Assembly (NCBI GenBank): GCA_900088475.1
Contig: FLMG01000629.1
Span: 1-34,143 of the forward strand
DNA: 34,143 bases
DNA from: Hyphochytrium catenoides
Taxonomy: Eukaryota; Protista; Hyphochytriomycota
Reading direction: 5' to 3'
Shown here one piece after another: positions 33,457 to 34,143 of this stretch. A program made the translations under genes and the position numbers. The notes under the pieces are model-generated. The model did no database searches and was not told the origin of the DNA. It was given only the letters and a program-made list of their open reading frames with translations. Positions within the stretch are counted from its first letter, which is position 1, and each line of letters starts with the position of its first letter.

Positions 33457-34143
33457 ATGGCGCTCCCTCCCTTGACGCGCGAGCACGTGATGAATTGCTC
33501 TATCACACGCTGGTATCCCGTCTTCGCCGCACATCCGCGCGGCAAATGCACCATTCGGAGCTTGCTGATCGACCTTCCCGAGGACTTTGTGGACTATTTG
33601 CTAGCGGACGGCGTGGTCCTGCCGTCGACAGGGCCTGAGGAAGAGAGACACAGAGAAGACGACGCGGAAAGCTGGTGCTCTGATGCTGATGGAGAAGAAG
33701 AAGAAGAAGAAGAGGGAGAAGAGCAGTCGTCTATCTCTCTCCCATCCTTTCCTTTGCTAGACGCTCAGATCTCTGCCGCGATAAACGAGCTGAAAGGTGC
33801 CGCTTTTCCTAAACTGAACTGGAGCAGCCCCAAAGACGCTGTCTGGATCACTGGATCACTACGCTGTGAGCAGGCTTCAGACGTCTATCTGCTCCTGAAG
33901 AGCTCGGACTTTATTGTCCATGATCTCTGTCATGCCTTTGAACAATGTGTAGACGCATCTCGAAGCGACTCTGTCTCGGAAAGGGACGCCTCTTGCTCAC
34001 TGTCTTTGACAACGGACGCCTCCTCTCCTTCCTCTTCGCACCCACGTCCTTCTTCCACTTCACGGTCTGGCTTTCCCGTCGCCCTGGCGTTACGGTCTTG
34101 GTCTAATCTTCGAAGTTCTATGGAGTTCCGCTGCTTCGTCTAT
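33457..34143 (+). CDS. CDC123: CDC123/D123 (ATP-grasp eIF2 assembly factor), 5' part, runs off window end
   Basis: Open frame from ATG 33457: MALPPLTREHVMNCSITRWYP..LPEDFVDYLLADGVVLP..FPKLNWSSPKDAVWI..LLLKSSDFIVHDL..LRSW..MEFRCFVY. It is absent from the ORF track because there is no stop in the window. Confidence 0.95.
   Translation, partial: MALPPLTREHVMNCSITRWYPVFAAHPRGKCTIRSLLIDLPEDFVDYLLADGVVLPSTGPEEERHREDDAESWCSDADGEEEEEEEGEEQSSISLPSFPLLDAQISAAINELKGAAFPKLNWSSPKDAVWITGSLRCEQASDVYLLLKSSDFIVHDLCHAFEQCVDASRSDSVSERDASCSLSLTTDASSPSSSHPRPSSTSRSGFPVALALRSWSNLRSSMEFRCFVY

Overview
Eukaryotic nuclear DNA with GT-AG spliceosomal introns; the organism cannot be named from this sequence alone. The window has two contrasting halves. 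Left (~1-23.4 kb) is a decaying, repeat-rich region. It holds an intact intronless Cys-rich, probably GPI-anchored surface-protein gene (4290-5546) and its pseudogene copy (47-757), heavily eroded Ty3/Gypsy and Ty1/Copia pol relics, a frameshifted NTF2/SnoaL-like gene, a plant-type L-gulonolactone-oxidase pseudogene, an intact 8-exon calpain-like protease and a 62-bp tandem repeat. It also carries three copies of a ~0.5-kb non-coding element lacking terminal inverted repeats; one copy sits precisely inside the oxidase reading frame with no clear target-site duplication. Right (~24-34 kb) is a compact block of intact genes: a WRKY19-like zinc-finger-repeat protein, ATP12 (9 exons), an uncharacterised mitochondrial-type protein divergent from ATP12, a SRAP/HMCES gene (8 exons) and CDC123 (cut by the window end), plus GA microsatellites flanking a decayed foldback element. 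Gene models and alignments were made by eye; no database searches were run.
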